Positions 1 through 10,267 of a stretch of 42,597 nucleotides of DNA are shown one piece after another; positions within the stretch are counted from its first letter, which is position 1; every line of letters begins with the position of its first letter. Where the stretch lies: positions 1 to 42,597 of the IMG/VR virus record IMGVR_UViG_3300030329_000920, one strand, 5' to 3'. Origin of the DNA: a virus. Taxonomy: Duplodnaviria > Caudoviricetes. A program made the position numbers and the translations under genes. The notes beneath the pieces are model-generated. The model did not search any database, was not told where the DNA came from, and saw only the letters and a list, made by a program, of their open reading frames with translations.

Positions 1-165
1 GACAATAGTTGCTGCATCACTTGTAGAACTTGTTGATATGCCATCATGGGTATAATAATATTGAACTTGTAAAACTTTACCACCACCAGCTCCAGAAACA
101 CTACCAGTGAAATTAAAGGTTTGACTTAAATCTATGCCACTTGGTTTAAGTAAAGTAAAAGCCAT
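1..165 (-). CDS. short tail fibre/receptor-binding protein, N-terminal part (truncated by window edge)
   Basis: Hand-translated from ATG at 165: MAFTLLKPSGIDLSQTFNFTGSVSGAGGGKVLQVQYYY... The GGGKVLQV motif parallels VGKIGQCV in 485..1321; TAATG overlap with the upstream gene. Confidence 0.7.
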   Translation of the reverse strand, partial: MAFTLLKPSGIDLSQTFNFTGSVSGAGGGKVLQVQYYYTHDGISTSSTSDAATIV

Positions 166-485
166 TATTCACTCTCCTTTGGGTTGTCCGTTCTAACTTT
201 GTTATAAGCAGTTTTATAGGCATCCCATTTTGTAGAACTGCCACCTATTTCTTTTTCTGTATATGCTTCCATAAAATCTTGAACACTTGGATATTCTAAT
301 GCTCTTTTTCTTGCGTAGGCATTATTTTCATATTCTGTTTGTAATTCTGCTTGTTTAGCTTTTATAGTATCAACAGCTATTGGTGTCGTTCCATTTAACC
401 AAGTTATTTTATTAATATCTTCATCATCAACACTAAATTGAGCATTAGAATTTATCGCTAAAATTGATTTTGTTATATCTGTCAT
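165..485 (-). CDS. tail fibre assembly chaperone-like protein
   Basis: 106 aa; Y..KR..EYPS..D and W....NKVR..NPK motifs typical of fibre chaperones; directly downstream of a fibre gene. Confidence 0.65.
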   Translation of the reverse strand: MTDITKSILAINSNAQFSVDDEDINKITWLNGTTPIAVDTIKAKQAELQTEYENNAYARKRALEYPSVQDFMEAYTEKEIGGSSTKWDAYKTAYNKVRTDNPKESE

Positions 486-1321
486 TATGCCAATACCTCC
501 ATAGCTGTTATTGTTGAGCCAGTTGTTACATTTGCACCTAAACCACCTGTATCATTTGGTCTGTTTAAATAAAGTGGGCCAGAGTTAGTTTTCCATTGTA
601 ATTTGTAAGTTAGGCTTGATGAACTACTCGGAGCATCTAAAATTGTATGAGATAAATTGTGCATACGATAAGTAGATTGACCATCTTGTGCTTGTCTAAA
701 AGCAAAGGTATAACCATCACTATCTGCTCTACCAAGAACTGTACTATCTCTTAATAAATTAATTGGCTGATTTGCTGTTGCACCACCACTTACATATGCT
801 TGAACTAAAACTAAAACTTTAGAACTACTAGCTGAAGGTGTTATTGATAAAGTCATTCCAGATATATCAGCAAAAGTGTCAGCATTAATAGAGGTTGTTG
901 ATGTTACTAAAGTTGAAACACATTGTCCTATTTTACCTACACTAGCCGAGCCACCTAAAGAAACTGCCGAGCCATTTAATGTAATACTAGAGTTAGCAAG
1001 TTTAGAGTTTGCTATGCTACCAGCGAGCATATCAGAGGTTACACTGCCAGTTGAGGGAGCTTGTGTACTAGAAATTTTAGCTAAATATATGCAAGTGACC
1101 TTATCGCTAGCGACAAGAGTTGCTCCAAGCGTAATGCGACTTGAAGTTGTTAAAGTAAGTGTAGAATTTTCTTGAACTACTCCATTAACTAAAATGATAA
1201 CTGAACTTAAAGAATTTATGCTTTGATTTAAGTCTATATAATTTTGCGTAAGTCCAGTGAAATACTGGTTAGCTTCTTGCGATATAAACCCTGATTGAGG
1301 CTTAGTTCCTAAATATGCCAT
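485..1321 (-). CDS. tail fibre/receptor-binding protein
   Basis: MAYLG..P N-terminus, VNGVVQ motif, Ser/Thr-rich body, C-terminal ITPS.SSSKVLV...YKLQW...STITAMEVLA domain. Confidence 0.7.
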   Translation of the reverse strand: MAYLGTKPQSGFISQEANQYFTGLTQNYIDLNQSINSLSSVIILVNGVVQENSTLTLTTSSRITLGATLVASDKVTCIYLAKISSTQAPSTGSVTSDMLAGSIANSKLANSSITLNGSAVSLGGSASVGKIGQCVSTLVTSTTSINADTFADISGMTLSITPSASSSKVLVLVQAYVSGGATANQPINLLRDSTVLGRADSDGYTFAFRQAQDGQSTYRMHNLSHTILDAPSSSSSLTYKLQWKTNSGPLYLNRPNDTGGLGANVTTGSTITAMEVLA

Positions 1322-1328
1322 GTATCTC

Positions 1329-1646
1329 CTATGCTACGTCAGTTAATAAAGAAACAATTACGTCTGCTGTGCCACTATCTTTTTTGACTTTTATTGCTCC
1401 ACCACTAGGAATAACTATTTTTCCTTGAACACACTCTAGTGAACTTCCTGTTAGTAGAGGTGCATTTTTAATTATGTATCTATCGTTAGAGCCATCATTA
1501 AGAACTGCGTCTACATTTATAGAAGAAGTACCTGTGTTAGAAATAAGTAAACCAATTACGATTTGCTTATTAGAAGTTGCAGAGACAACGGTAGTCAAAT
1601 TGTTATCAGCTAATGTTGCGTCAGCTTGTGAAAAATTATTTGCCAT
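1329..1646 (-). CDS. small tail-associated structural protein
   Basis: 105 aa, beta-rich, MANNF start; follows a fibre ending IPFAIALG, a common pairing in marine podoviruses. Confidence 0.55.
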   Translation of the reverse strand: MANNFSQADATLADNNLTTVVSATSNKQIVIGLLISNTGTSSINVDAVLNDGSNDRYIIKNAPLLTGSSLECVQGKIVIPSGGAIKVKKDSGTADVIVSLLTDVA

Positions 1647-1649
1647 GTG

Positions 1650-3224
1650 TTATCCTAATGCTATTGCGAATGGGATACTATTATCCGTTGCCGCAATGGT
1701 TAAAGTTTCATTACTTCCATTATTATTCTCAGTGAAAGTAACATTTGTTCCAGCTACTAATTTACCGTTAAGATAACCAGCAGTACTGTCGTTAGATGAT
1801 ACTTTAGAAGTTTCATCTGTGTTAACTCCGATGGAAGACCATGCAGAGCCATTATAATATTTTAAAACATTTGAAGTTGTATTGTATACTAAGTCACCTT
1901 CATCTAAAGAAGATGTAGGGTCACTTGAAGCTACTCTATATCTTTCAGCAAAACTATTTACTCCACTAATATTTGAAGCAGTGGTGTTCACATTAGCTAT
2001 AGAGCCAGCCACAGTGTTTACGTTAGCGATTGCTCCACCAACAGTGTTTACGTTGCTTATTGACCCGGCCACTACATCTATTTCTGAACTTGCTTCAGCT
2101 AAATCATCAGCTACAGCTTCTATTTCTGTTAATTTATTTTCTACTGCTGCAACATCTGCTGATATTCCAGCAACAGCAGTTATATCACTAGAAATCCCGG
2201 CAAGTGTTGTTATGTTAGCATTTTGCCCAGCTACTGTGTTTATATTACTAGCATTTGAATTAACTGTATTAATTGCTGTTTGGTCTGATGATGTTGGTGT
2301 TGTTCTAAGCCATGTTGTGCTACCTAAATCATAGACTTTCATTACATTATTTGTTGAGTCAAAATATAATGCTCCATCAATTAAACTTGCACCATCATTG
2401 TCTTGAGTAGGGTCTGAACTTTTTGCTCCTAAATATCTGTCATCAAAGCTATCATAGCTAGCTGCGGCACTTGTTGCAGAACTTGCTGCATTAGTAGCTG
2501 ATGTGCTTGCATTGCTCGCTGATGTACTAGCTTCACTTGCTTTAGTCGTTGCAGTTGACGCTGACGTACTTGCAGAAGTTGCTGACGTACTAGCTTCACT
2601 AGCTTTTGTTGTCGCTGTACTAGCCGAAGTGGCTGCACTTGTAGCCGATGTACTAGCTTCACTTGCTTTAGTCGTTGCTGTACTAGCACTAGTACTTGCA
2701 CTAGTGGCAGAACTTGCTGCACTTGTGGCTGAACTAGCCGCCGCAGTTGCTTGAGTTGTTGCTTGAGTTACTTGTGAAGTAGCCGCAGTTTCAACAAAAT
2801 TCTTTGTTGCGGCGTCTTGTGCTGACGTAGGGTCAGTAACATTTCTTAATTTTTTACTACCTACATCATATTGGAAATCTGTATTTGAGATTTTAATAAC
2901 ATCATCTGCGTCATCAATAGCTTCTTGTGACATAAAGAAAGCTTGGTTTGAATCTGTATCTAAATCGTTTTCAGTTAAGACTGAACCTGCCGCATAATCA
3001 ACTAATCTTGATGTTTGACTTGTTGTTCGTCTTATTTCAATAGAACTATCATTGGCCGGGGCAGAATCAAAAGTAATCTGTGTTCCAGCACCGTTCCATG
3101 TAAAAGCAGTTGTGGCTGAACCCCCTATAGTAACAGTTATATCGCTCTGCGACCTATAACTAAAAGGTACAGCGTAAGCAGTGGTTGAACCATTGCCGGT
3201 GTATCTCACAAATGAGTTAGCCAT
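1650..3224 (-). CDS. tail fibre protein with T7 gp17-like N-terminal adaptor domain
   Basis: N-terminus YTGNGSTTAYAVPFSY...IEIRRTT...LTENDLD...QAFFMSQEAID matches the T7 gp17 adaptor pattern; Ala/Ser/Thr coiled repeats follow. Confidence 0.9.
   Translation of the reverse strand: MANSFVRYTGNGSTTAYAVPFSYRSQSDITVTIGGSATTAFTWNGAGTQITFDSAPANDSSIEIRRTTSQTSRLVDYAAGSVLTENDLDTDSNQAFFMSQEAIDDADDVIKISNTDFQYDVGSKKLRNVTDPTSAQDAATKNFVETAATSQVTQATTQATAAASSATSAASSATSASTSASTATTKASEASTSATSAATSASTATTKASEASTSATSASTSASTATTKASEASTSASNASTSATNAASSATSAAASYDSFDDRYLGAKSSDPTQDNDGASLIDGALYFDSTNNVMKVYDLGSTTWLRTTPTSSDQTAINTVNSNASNINTVAGQNANITTLAGISSDITAVAGISADVAAVENKLTEIEAVADDLAEASSEIDVVAGSISNVNTVGGAIANVNTVAGSIANVNTTASNISGVNSFAERYRVASSDPTSSLDEGDLVYNTTSNVLKYYNGSAWSSIGVNTDETSKVSSNDSTAGYLNGKLVAGTNVTFTENNNGSNETLTIAATDNSIPFAIALG
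2460..2760 (-). repeat. 63-bp (21-aa) degenerate coding tandem repeat in the tail fibre
   Basis: TSASTATTKASEAS core recurs three times with a 21-aa period, with degenerate flanks. Confidence 0.8.
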
Positions 3225-3239
3225 TCATACTCCTTTTCT

Positions 3240-3260
3240 TTCTAATATGGGTACTAATTA
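3240..3260 (-). promoter_or_regulatory. phage RNA polymerase promoter (tail fibre)
   Basis: Minus strand TAATTAGTACCCATATTAGAA; variant of the motif at 18098, 27481, 29991 and 37003; intergenic, upstream of an AGGAG RBS. Confidence 0.8.
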
Positions 3261-5777
3261 TCTATCTTCTGGGAAGATTTCTCCAAACAATCTAAGTGAC
3301 TGTTGTATTCCTAACATATTTTGCCAAGCCAATAAGCTTGTAGCATTATTCCAATCTGTTCTATTATAACTTCTATCTGGATTTAATGTTGCTTTTCCCG
3401 GTGCTTGTATAGCTGGTAAAAGTTTTTGGAATATTAATGAATATGTTGGATTACCAGTTATAATGTTTGTGTCTAGTCCACTACTTCTAAAGTGAAACAG
3501 TGGGTCTTCTCTAAATGGACTTAATCCTAAATCAATTAATGGTGGCATAATAGACGCAAATGCAGCTCGTTGAAATGCAGCTTTTGCAATTGATTCTGTA
3601 GACAACCTTTCTTCTAAAAACTTTTTAGCATCACTTCTTAATAATGATTGTGCGTATGACTGTAATATATAAGCATTTCCAGCCATAAACATACTCAACA
3701 TATAGCCTTCAAAAGCTTGGAAGTCTCTAAATTTTAATCCATGAATTAAATGTTTACCATAAGCAGTCATCATAAAACTTCTAAATTGAAATAAAGTTTT
3801 ACCTAATGTTCCGTCTGGTGTTCCACCAATACCTCTTAGCATTCCAAAATATGCTGTTTCACCAATGTCATTTTCTTGAACAGTTCGTCTTGCAAAACGT
3901 CTTACAGCAACAACAAGGGCTGCTCTTGCCTCATGGTCAGTCCATAAATCTAAATTAGCCATGTGGAGTTTACCACCTATTTCACCTTTTTGATATTTAG
4001 CGTGTTCTTTAAATTGTTGCATAATACGTTCACGCATTCTAGGACTAATACCTAAGTCTAACATTCTTTCAGCGTCTTTAGTTCCAAGTTCAACACCTAA
4101 AACTTTTTTAGAAAATATTTTTTTACCAGTGTTTGCTTCTGTTGCAAATTTAGTTAATAATTCTTTAACAGTAATACGTTGCATTATTGTGTTGGTAAGA
4201 AACATACCAGAAACTACTGAAGTACCTCTGTTACCAATATCTAAAAACCGCTCTGCTTTTCCAATAGTTTCATGCCCCATACGAGAACCAAAGTCATCTG
4301 TTTGGTTTGTAATAGCTTGTAGTGTTTTTTGTGAACCAATGCCCCCAAACCATATCTCAGCTTCAGCTAGTAGTGGGTCTTCAAGCGTACCATCTTTCAT
4401 TTTCTTTAACATTTTACGCATTGCTGGTACGTGTTTAAGAGTGTTAATTATCCCTACATTAGTCATAACAATCCCAAATTCTGCAATTTGTGGAAATCCT
4501 ACTTGGTTCATTAATCGTGAAAAATTATATTTACGTATAAATCTAGCAGCAGTTGATAAAGTTCCAGTAGGGTCATTTTCAAGTGGGACTCCTACTAAAT
4601 GTTTCCAGCCATCTTCTAAAGCTTGTACTTCTATTTCAGCTTTATTATCTGATACGTTTTTACCTCTGTAATTTGCTCTAGTTTGATTTATAAGTTTACG
4701 CCATTCACTGTCAGATTTAATTCCTTTTTGTGCTAAAGCAATTCTACCAGTTGTTGAATTAGCATAATTTAAGAATAATAATTCAGCGTCATTTTCAAAT
4801 AAGTCTTCTATGTTATATTTACCATCACTATATTTTTCATCTAATTGAATACGATGTTTAAGATAAGAAGGTGAACCAGTATCTTCTCTAACTACTTTAA
4901 ATAAATCGTCAGCTATTTCATCTATCTTATCTAAACCTAAATCTGTTTTATCTTGAAGTAATGTTCTAAATGTATCTTTCTTTTCCATAGAAGTAAGTAC
5001 ATGGTTAAGATTAATTCCTTGCTCTACTTTACTGCCTCTAACTACTTGCATTAAATGTCTTGCTACAGCAAATCTTGCTGTTTCATCTATATGTTTAGAA
5101 GACGAAGACAACATTGCTTTAGATAAGAAACGAACTACATTCTCTTCACCTATTTCAGCTACTAAGTCATCTAACTTTTTACGTGACCATATTCTTGTTA
5201 TATATCTATAATTAGTCTCAACATCTTCTGCTCCACGTACACCAACATTTTTCATCATTTCTAACAATTCTCTATATTGATTACGTTGTATGTCAGCCAT
5301 AGCGTCCACCCATTTATTTCCTGTAGGTGTATCACTACGAATAGCTTTAGAGACTAAAGAATTAAATTCTGCTCTAGCATCACCACTAAAACTACCTAAT
5401 GTTATTTTTCTACCATTTTGCTTCTGTTCTGATACCCACCCTTTAAAATTTATAGAGTGTGCTTTATTGTAAATTAATCGTTGTCTATCATGTTCAATGC
5501 CTTTTAATAAACTAGCTGATGAAGGTCTTACCCAACCTTTTTTAGCAGCTCCTACCGGGTCTTCAAATAATAACCAACCTAGTTTTCTTACAAAAGAATT
5601 TTTAGAACTGTTAGTGGCATTGGCTCTATCAAATCTATAACGTGAAGCCCATGTCATAGGAGCGTCATCAGCGTCATCAAAAAACTCCCAACGCTTTTCT
5701 TTTACAAAATCCATTGCGTCAGTTTCGTTATCAAACGTATCTAATAATTCTGCTTTATTAATATCACATTCTGCCAT
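3258..5777 (-). CDS. internal virion (ejection) protein, C-terminal portion of a gp16-like protein
   Basis: 839 aa; ...GKTLFQFRSFMMTAYGK... motif seen in gp16-position proteins; immediately precedes the tail fibre. Confidence 0.75.
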   Translation of the reverse strand: MAECDINKAELLDTFDNETDAMDFVKEKRWEFFDDADDAPMTWASRYRFDRANATNSSKNSFVRKLGWLLFEDPVGAAKKGWVRPSSASLLKGIEHDRQRLIYNKAHSINFKGWVSEQKQNGRKITLGSFSGDARAEFNSLVSKAIRSDTPTGNKWVDAMADIQRNQYRELLEMMKNVGVRGAEDVETNYRYITRIWSRKKLDDLVAEIGEENVVRFLSKAMLSSSSKHIDETARFAVARHLMQVVRGSKVEQGINLNHVLTSMEKKDTFRTLLQDKTDLGLDKIDEIADDLFKVVREDTGSPSYLKHRIQLDEKYSDGKYNIEDLFENDAELLFLNYANSTTGRIALAQKGIKSDSEWRKLINQTRANYRGKNVSDNKAEIEVQALEDGWKHLVGVPLENDPTGTLSTAARFIRKYNFSRLMNQVGFPQIAEFGIVMTNVGIINTLKHVPAMRKMLKKMKDGTLEDPLLAEAEIWFGGIGSQKTLQAITNQTDDFGSRMGHETIGKAERFLDIGNRGTSVVSGMFLTNTIMQRITVKELLTKFATEANTGKKIFSKKVLGVELGTKDAERMLDLGISPRMRERIMQQFKEHAKYQKGEIGGKLHMANLDLWTDHEARAALVVAVRRFARRTVQENDIGETAYFGMLRGIGGTPDGTLGKTLFQFRSFMMTAYGKHLIHGLKFRDFQAFEGYMLSMFMAGNAYILQSYAQSLLRSDAKKFLEERLSTESIAKAAFQRAAFASIMPPLIDLGLSPFREDPLFHFRSSGLDTNIITGNPTYSLIFQKLLPAIQAPGKATLNPDRSYNRTDWNNATSLLAWQNMLGIQQSLRLFGEIFPEDR

Positions 5778-5779
5778 AA

Positions 5780-7567
5780 TTATTTACATTTTAGAACGTC
5801 AATTGTTCCGTCTTTATTTGTACGAACAATGACTTCATCATTTATCCCTTCTGCGTTTTCTCTTAATAAAATTTCTTTATGCCCATCTGAACGAACCATA
5901 GTGTTTTTATTTATATCAAAAGTAGGGTCTTCCCAATCTGCTTTTTTGTTATCTAAACCTTTGTAATATTTTTCACCTTTAGAAGTCATTACCATTCCAT
6001 TCTTTTTTAGTAATGCCGCCTCTTCTGCTTTTAAAGTATCTAATAAAGATTTTTCATACTTACTTAAATTTCCTGTTTTACGAATAGCACCAAAAGTTCC
6101 ACCTAATAATGCACCAAATAAAATACCATATTTAACATCGTCCATATCCATCTCAGGATTTTGTGTAGCAAAATATGTTTCAATAGCACCAATAGATATA
6201 CCACCAGCTAAACTTGACCTAAAAATATTTTTTAATCTAGTTGCTTTTTGTGTTAAACTCATAACACTTACAGCAGTACCTACTCCTGTTTCAGCCGCAG
6301 CTATTGCTATCCATGCTGCTGGGTCTAAGATAGTAGCAGCAAGTGTTAATGCTATTCCTTTGCCTTGACCTTGAGACATAATAATTTTTTTCTTTTTTTC
6401 GTAATCAAGAATTTGTCTTCGTATTTCTAAACCATGAGCGTAACTGTGAACAGATTCAAAGTTATCTAAATATTCTGCTGGAAGGTCTTTCATAAAAATT
6501 TCAAAGTCTTCTTTTTTAGGAACGTAATTAACATCAGGTGCTAAGTCTGGTCTTCCCATTTGATTCATAATCATAGGAATAATTTGATTACTAACAATTG
6601 CTTGTTTAGTTGCATCGCCTAAAGAATATTCATTTCTTAATCCTTCAGCTAGTATATCACTTTCTTTATCAATTAATTTTTGTTCAAGGTCACTTCTAGG
6701 TTCATTATACGTTGACTCCCAAGAACCCGGCTCACTTAATCTATCTAAGTAACCATCATCTATTGTTTGTTGTACTTCTACTTTAGCTTTTTCTTTAGCT
6801 ATTTTTGTTTCTTCTGTTTCAGTTTGAAACTCTTTTAATTTTTCTGCCTCTGCTTCTGCTTCTAAATTAGACACCATTGAACCAATCCACTCAGACCCAG
6901 TATCAGCAGTATCTAAAATTTTTCTTGTTGTTTGTTCGTCTTCAAATACTTCACGAAAAGCACCTTCATCAAAGGTAGTAAAAGACTCTACTTTTTCTGT
7001 AATTTCATCTTCTGTTAAATCATCTAAGTTTTTTTTAGCGATAAAAGATTGAAGAAAATCAGCTTCAGAGTTTCTTCTAGTGTTATAAGCATCACCAAAA
7101 TTTCTTAAATTAGCTATAGCACCATCCCAATCACCACTTGTAGTTTGTTTCCAAAAGTTAGGAGTTCGTGATTTTAAATCTCCATATTGAAATGCTACAC
7201 TAGCAAGTGCTGTTGCTTGTCCTTCATTTAATGTATCAAAAGATGTACCTGTTTCAGACTCCCAAGAATTTTTAAGATTTAGTAATGCTTCACTTTTAGC
7301 AAATTTATTTATTAATTGTGCTTCTTCATCACTTACTTCTAAAAAGGACGCAACTTCTTCCGCTTTAGCACCTTTTAACATTAAGTATGGTGCTAATTTA
7401 TTAATTAGTTTTTGTGGCAGTCCTTCTAAATCTTCTAGTGACCTTTGCCCTAAATCAAATCCTGAGGCAATAGTAACACCAGAATTAGAACCTTCAGCGT
7501 TAGGTACATATCCTTGAAGTCTATATCCTTCTTTTTCTAATATAAATTCCCAATTAATATTACTCAT
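5780..7567 (-). CDS. internal virion protein with N-terminal pesticin-like lysozyme domain
   Basis: INWEFILEKEG...GYVP...SGVTIASGFDLGQ...ALASVAFQYG...RRNSEA matches the pesticin muramidase pattern; later hydrophobic segments; gp16 position. Confidence 0.75.
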   Translation of the reverse strand: MSNINWEFILEKEGYRLQGYVPNAEGSNSGVTIASGFDLGQRSLEDLEGLPQKLINKLAPYLMLKGAKAEEVASFLEVSDEEAQLINKFAKSEALLNLKNSWESETGTSFDTLNEGQATALASVAFQYGDLKSRTPNFWKQTTSGDWDGAIANLRNFGDAYNTRRNSEADFLQSFIAKKNLDDLTEDEITEKVESFTTFDEGAFREVFEDEQTTRKILDTADTGSEWIGSMVSNLEAEAEAEKLKEFQTETEETKIAKEKAKVEVQQTIDDGYLDRLSEPGSWESTYNEPRSDLEQKLIDKESDILAEGLRNEYSLGDATKQAIVSNQIIPMIMNQMGRPDLAPDVNYVPKKEDFEIFMKDLPAEYLDNFESVHSYAHGLEIRRQILDYEKKKKIIMSQGQGKGIALTLAATILDPAAWIAIAAAETGVGTAVSVMSLTQKATRLKNIFRSSLAGGISIGAIETYFATQNPEMDMDDVKYGILFGALLGGTFGAIRKTGNLSKYEKSLLDTLKAEEAALLKKNGMVMTSKGEKYYKGLDNKKADWEDPTFDINKNTMVRSDGHKEILLRENAEGINDEVIVRTNKDGTIDVLKCK

Positions 7568-9761
7568 AATTTTCTTCTATCCATTTCTTTTGTTCTTCTG
7601 GTTTCATTTCATTCCATTCTGTTCCACCCATACCAAAATCCCAATAATATTTTGGTTTATATAGGTAATTCTTTCCACCTACTTTGTAAGGATAATTCTT
7701 TTCCATACTTTCTTTAATTGAATTGTACCATTTAGTGTGGCCAGATAAGATTTGGTTTAAAATTTGGTCAGTCTCATATTCCCATTTCATTTGAGAAATG
7801 TTTTTAATTGCTTTTGTATTTTCTAAAGTTCCATCAATATATTTATCTTGTGATTCACTTACACCGTAAGTCGTATCACCAGTAACACCTTTAGGTGTGT
7901 AATCATCTAAAACTTGTGACGCTGAGAAATATACAAATGTTCCGTCATCTTGAATAACAGGCATTTGTGTGGCTTTTTGTGATAGCATAAACCAACCACC
8001 TTGAATTGGTTTTAAGAAAATATCATCTGCGTCATACTCTTGAATATTATTTTCTTCTACCCATCTTTCAGAAATAAATTTACTTCTGTCTGTTATAACA
8101 TCAGGATTTTTATTTTCTAAAGCCGCAGCATTAACTAAAACACTATCAATTAAAACAAAGCTATTAGCAACATCTTGTAATGCTTGTTCAACAGCACTCT
8201 CAGCAGCATTTCCAGTAAATAACCATTCAGCGTCTACTGCTTCTATTGGCATTCCAAAATTGTAATATATTTCTGCTAAAGCCATGGCTTTATTTAAAGC
8301 AATACTTACATCATAATTATCTACACCTTTAAATTTATCAGCCCACCAAGAATTAAATGCACCTTCTAAACTACTTCTTACATCAGGTACTAAAGAAACT
8401 GGAATAGATTTATTATCAACATTGTCAGTTAAAGTTTTAGAAATAATTACTAAAGCTTCTTGATATGTTTTTCCAGTTGTTGTTAAATGTTCTATGCCAT
8501 TGTAAAAAGCTTTTTGGTCATCACTTAAATATAAGTGTGCTTGTCCTTTAGAGCGTAAAAATTTATAATGTTTTAATCCTAATTCTATTTTGTTAATTTC
8601 TGGTGTAGTTATTTGTCTGTCAACATTTATAAAGTCGTAAGGGTTAGTTGCATTAAAGCCTATTTCTAAAGCGTTCTTCCACTCCGGGTGAATAAATCCT
8701 TTTGTCTTGTCAAAGACACCGTTCATAATCCAAAATTCTCTTTGGTCTTCTGGTATAATATTTTGAGCAATAGCTTCATCTACTTGTCCAGTAATAAGAG
8801 TTTGCCAACCAAGTATAGCTTTATCTTTGTCACCTTTCTTTAAAAGTTTGTGTGGCTCTGCTATCATCATAGTCATAAAGTCCATAGTACTAGCACCATC
8901 ACTTGCTTTGCTATAAATTTCATTAAGAATTTTAATTGATTTTTCTGCTGTATCTTTATTATCTAAGAAACTAGGTAACTGTCCGTTTTTACCTCTTTTA
9001 GATGTTAGTGCTGAAACAATAAAATCTAAAGTTTCTGGGTCTGCACCAACAGTTTTAAATATATCTACTTGGTTATCTAAGTAATCAAGAACTGTATCAT
9101 TCATTTGGTCAAAGGTTAAAAATCCTTCTGACTCTTTTGTTTGAATTAACATTTCTACAGCTTGTAAACGGTCTTTATTATTATCTAATGCAGCTAAAGA
9201 TGTATCTAATTGTGTGTAAAATGTAGATTGTTTGTCTTGTATAAGTTGTAAAGCGTCTGCTTCTAACTTTTTACCATTAATGTCTACTCTAAATTTATCA
9301 AATATTTCATTATAACCTCTTATGTATGAAGAACTCATACCGTCAAAACTTCTATTGACTGATTCAAATTGTTCATCAAGATTTATTTTAGCAAGATTTT
9401 GTCCAACAACATTTGTTTCAATAGATTTTTTATCTTGCATTGCATGAGCCATACCAAAGTTAACGTCAGTAACAGCCGCAGCATATTGACTATCTAATCC
9501 TTTTACTCTTGGGTCACCCTTTTTAATTAATTCTTTAATTTCATCTGGGTCAGTAATGCCTTCTGCTTTTAATTGCTCAAAAACATCTTGGGCTACTTTT
9601 TGTTTATTGTTAACATATGACTTACCAAAACTTCTAAAATTTTGTTCAAAGTTAGATAACGCATTAGCGACTTGTTCTAGTTCATTTGTTCTAGGTGTGT
9701 TAGGTCTACCCCCTGATGTTCCTTGATAATAAATGTTTTGTACTGGACTTTTATATACCAT
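7560..9761 (-). CDS. internal virion protein (gp15 position)
   Basis: 733 aa, helical composition; size and synteny match T7 gp15. Confidence 0.65.
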   Translation of the reverse strand: MVYKSPVQNIYYQGTSGGRPNTPRTNELEQVANALSNFEQNFRSFGKSYVNNKQKVAQDVFEQLKAEGITDPDEIKELIKKGDPRVKGLDSQYAAAVTDVNFGMAHAMQDKKSIETNVVGQNLAKINLDEQFESVNRSFDGMSSSYIRGYNEIFDKFRVDINGKKLEADALQLIQDKQSTFYTQLDTSLAALDNNKDRLQAVEMLIQTKESEGFLTFDQMNDTVLDYLDNQVDIFKTVGADPETLDFIVSALTSKRGKNGQLPSFLDNKDTAEKSIKILNEIYSKASDGASTMDFMTMMIAEPHKLLKKGDKDKAILGWQTLITGQVDEAIAQNIIPEDQREFWIMNGVFDKTKGFIHPEWKNALEIGFNATNPYDFINVDRQITTPEINKIELGLKHYKFLRSKGQAHLYLSDDQKAFYNGIEHLTTTGKTYQEALVIISKTLTDNVDNKSIPVSLVPDVRSSLEGAFNSWWADKFKGVDNYDVSIALNKAMALAEIYYNFGMPIEAVDAEWLFTGNAAESAVEQALQDVANSFVLIDSVLVNAAALENKNPDVITDRSKFISERWVEENNIQEYDADDIFLKPIQGGWFMLSQKATQMPVIQDDGTFVYFSASQVLDDYTPKGVTGDTTYGVSESQDKYIDGTLENTKAIKNISQMKWEYETDQILNQILSGHTKWYNSIKESMEKNYPYKVGGKNYLYKPKYYWDFGMGGTEWNEMKPEEQKKWIEENYE

Positions 9762-10267
9762 TAACTAACTCCATATTCATATTCATCTTTCTTGTATTGA
9801 AGACCAGCACCAGCTAAATTTAAAGCTAATCCCATCATTGAAGGTTTAACTGGTATAGGTAAATTATTAATAGTTTTCTGATAACTACCAAAAGCTTCTT
9901 GCTCTTTTCTCATAAGAGAAACAATATCTTGATTAAATGCTGCATCTACATCAACCATATCCATACTTGCCGCAGCACCAATATCTTTAAAGATAGCATT
10001 AGCATTTCCAGCATTCATGTTTAAAGCTTCTGCAATAGAAGAAATTTTTGCTATTTTAGCTTTATACTTTTCTCTAGTTTTCTCTTCTGCTGCTTTTTGA
10101 AGTTGATAATCTACTTGTCCAATATCATCTAAGTAACTTTTACTAGCATTTTGTTTTGCAATAAAGTTAGCATGAACAGATTGATTATATTTCTTTTTGT
10201 CTGCTTGATATTGCATAACTTTACTGCCGACATTTATCGCCATTCCGGCCGCTTGAATGCTACACAT
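9761..10267 (-). CDS. internal virion protein (gp14-like)
   Basis: MC start, Ala-rich, C-terminal KPSMMGLAL..AGAG; synteny. Confidence 0.7.
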   Translation of the reverse strand: MCSIQAAGMAINVGSKVMQYQADKKKYNQSVHANFIAKQNASKSYLDDIGQVDYQLQKAAEEKTREKYKAKIAKISSIAEALNMNAGNANAIFKDIGAAASMDMVDVDAAFNQDIVSLMRKEQEAFGSYQKTINNLPIPVKPSMMGLALNLAGAGLQYKKDEYEYGVS

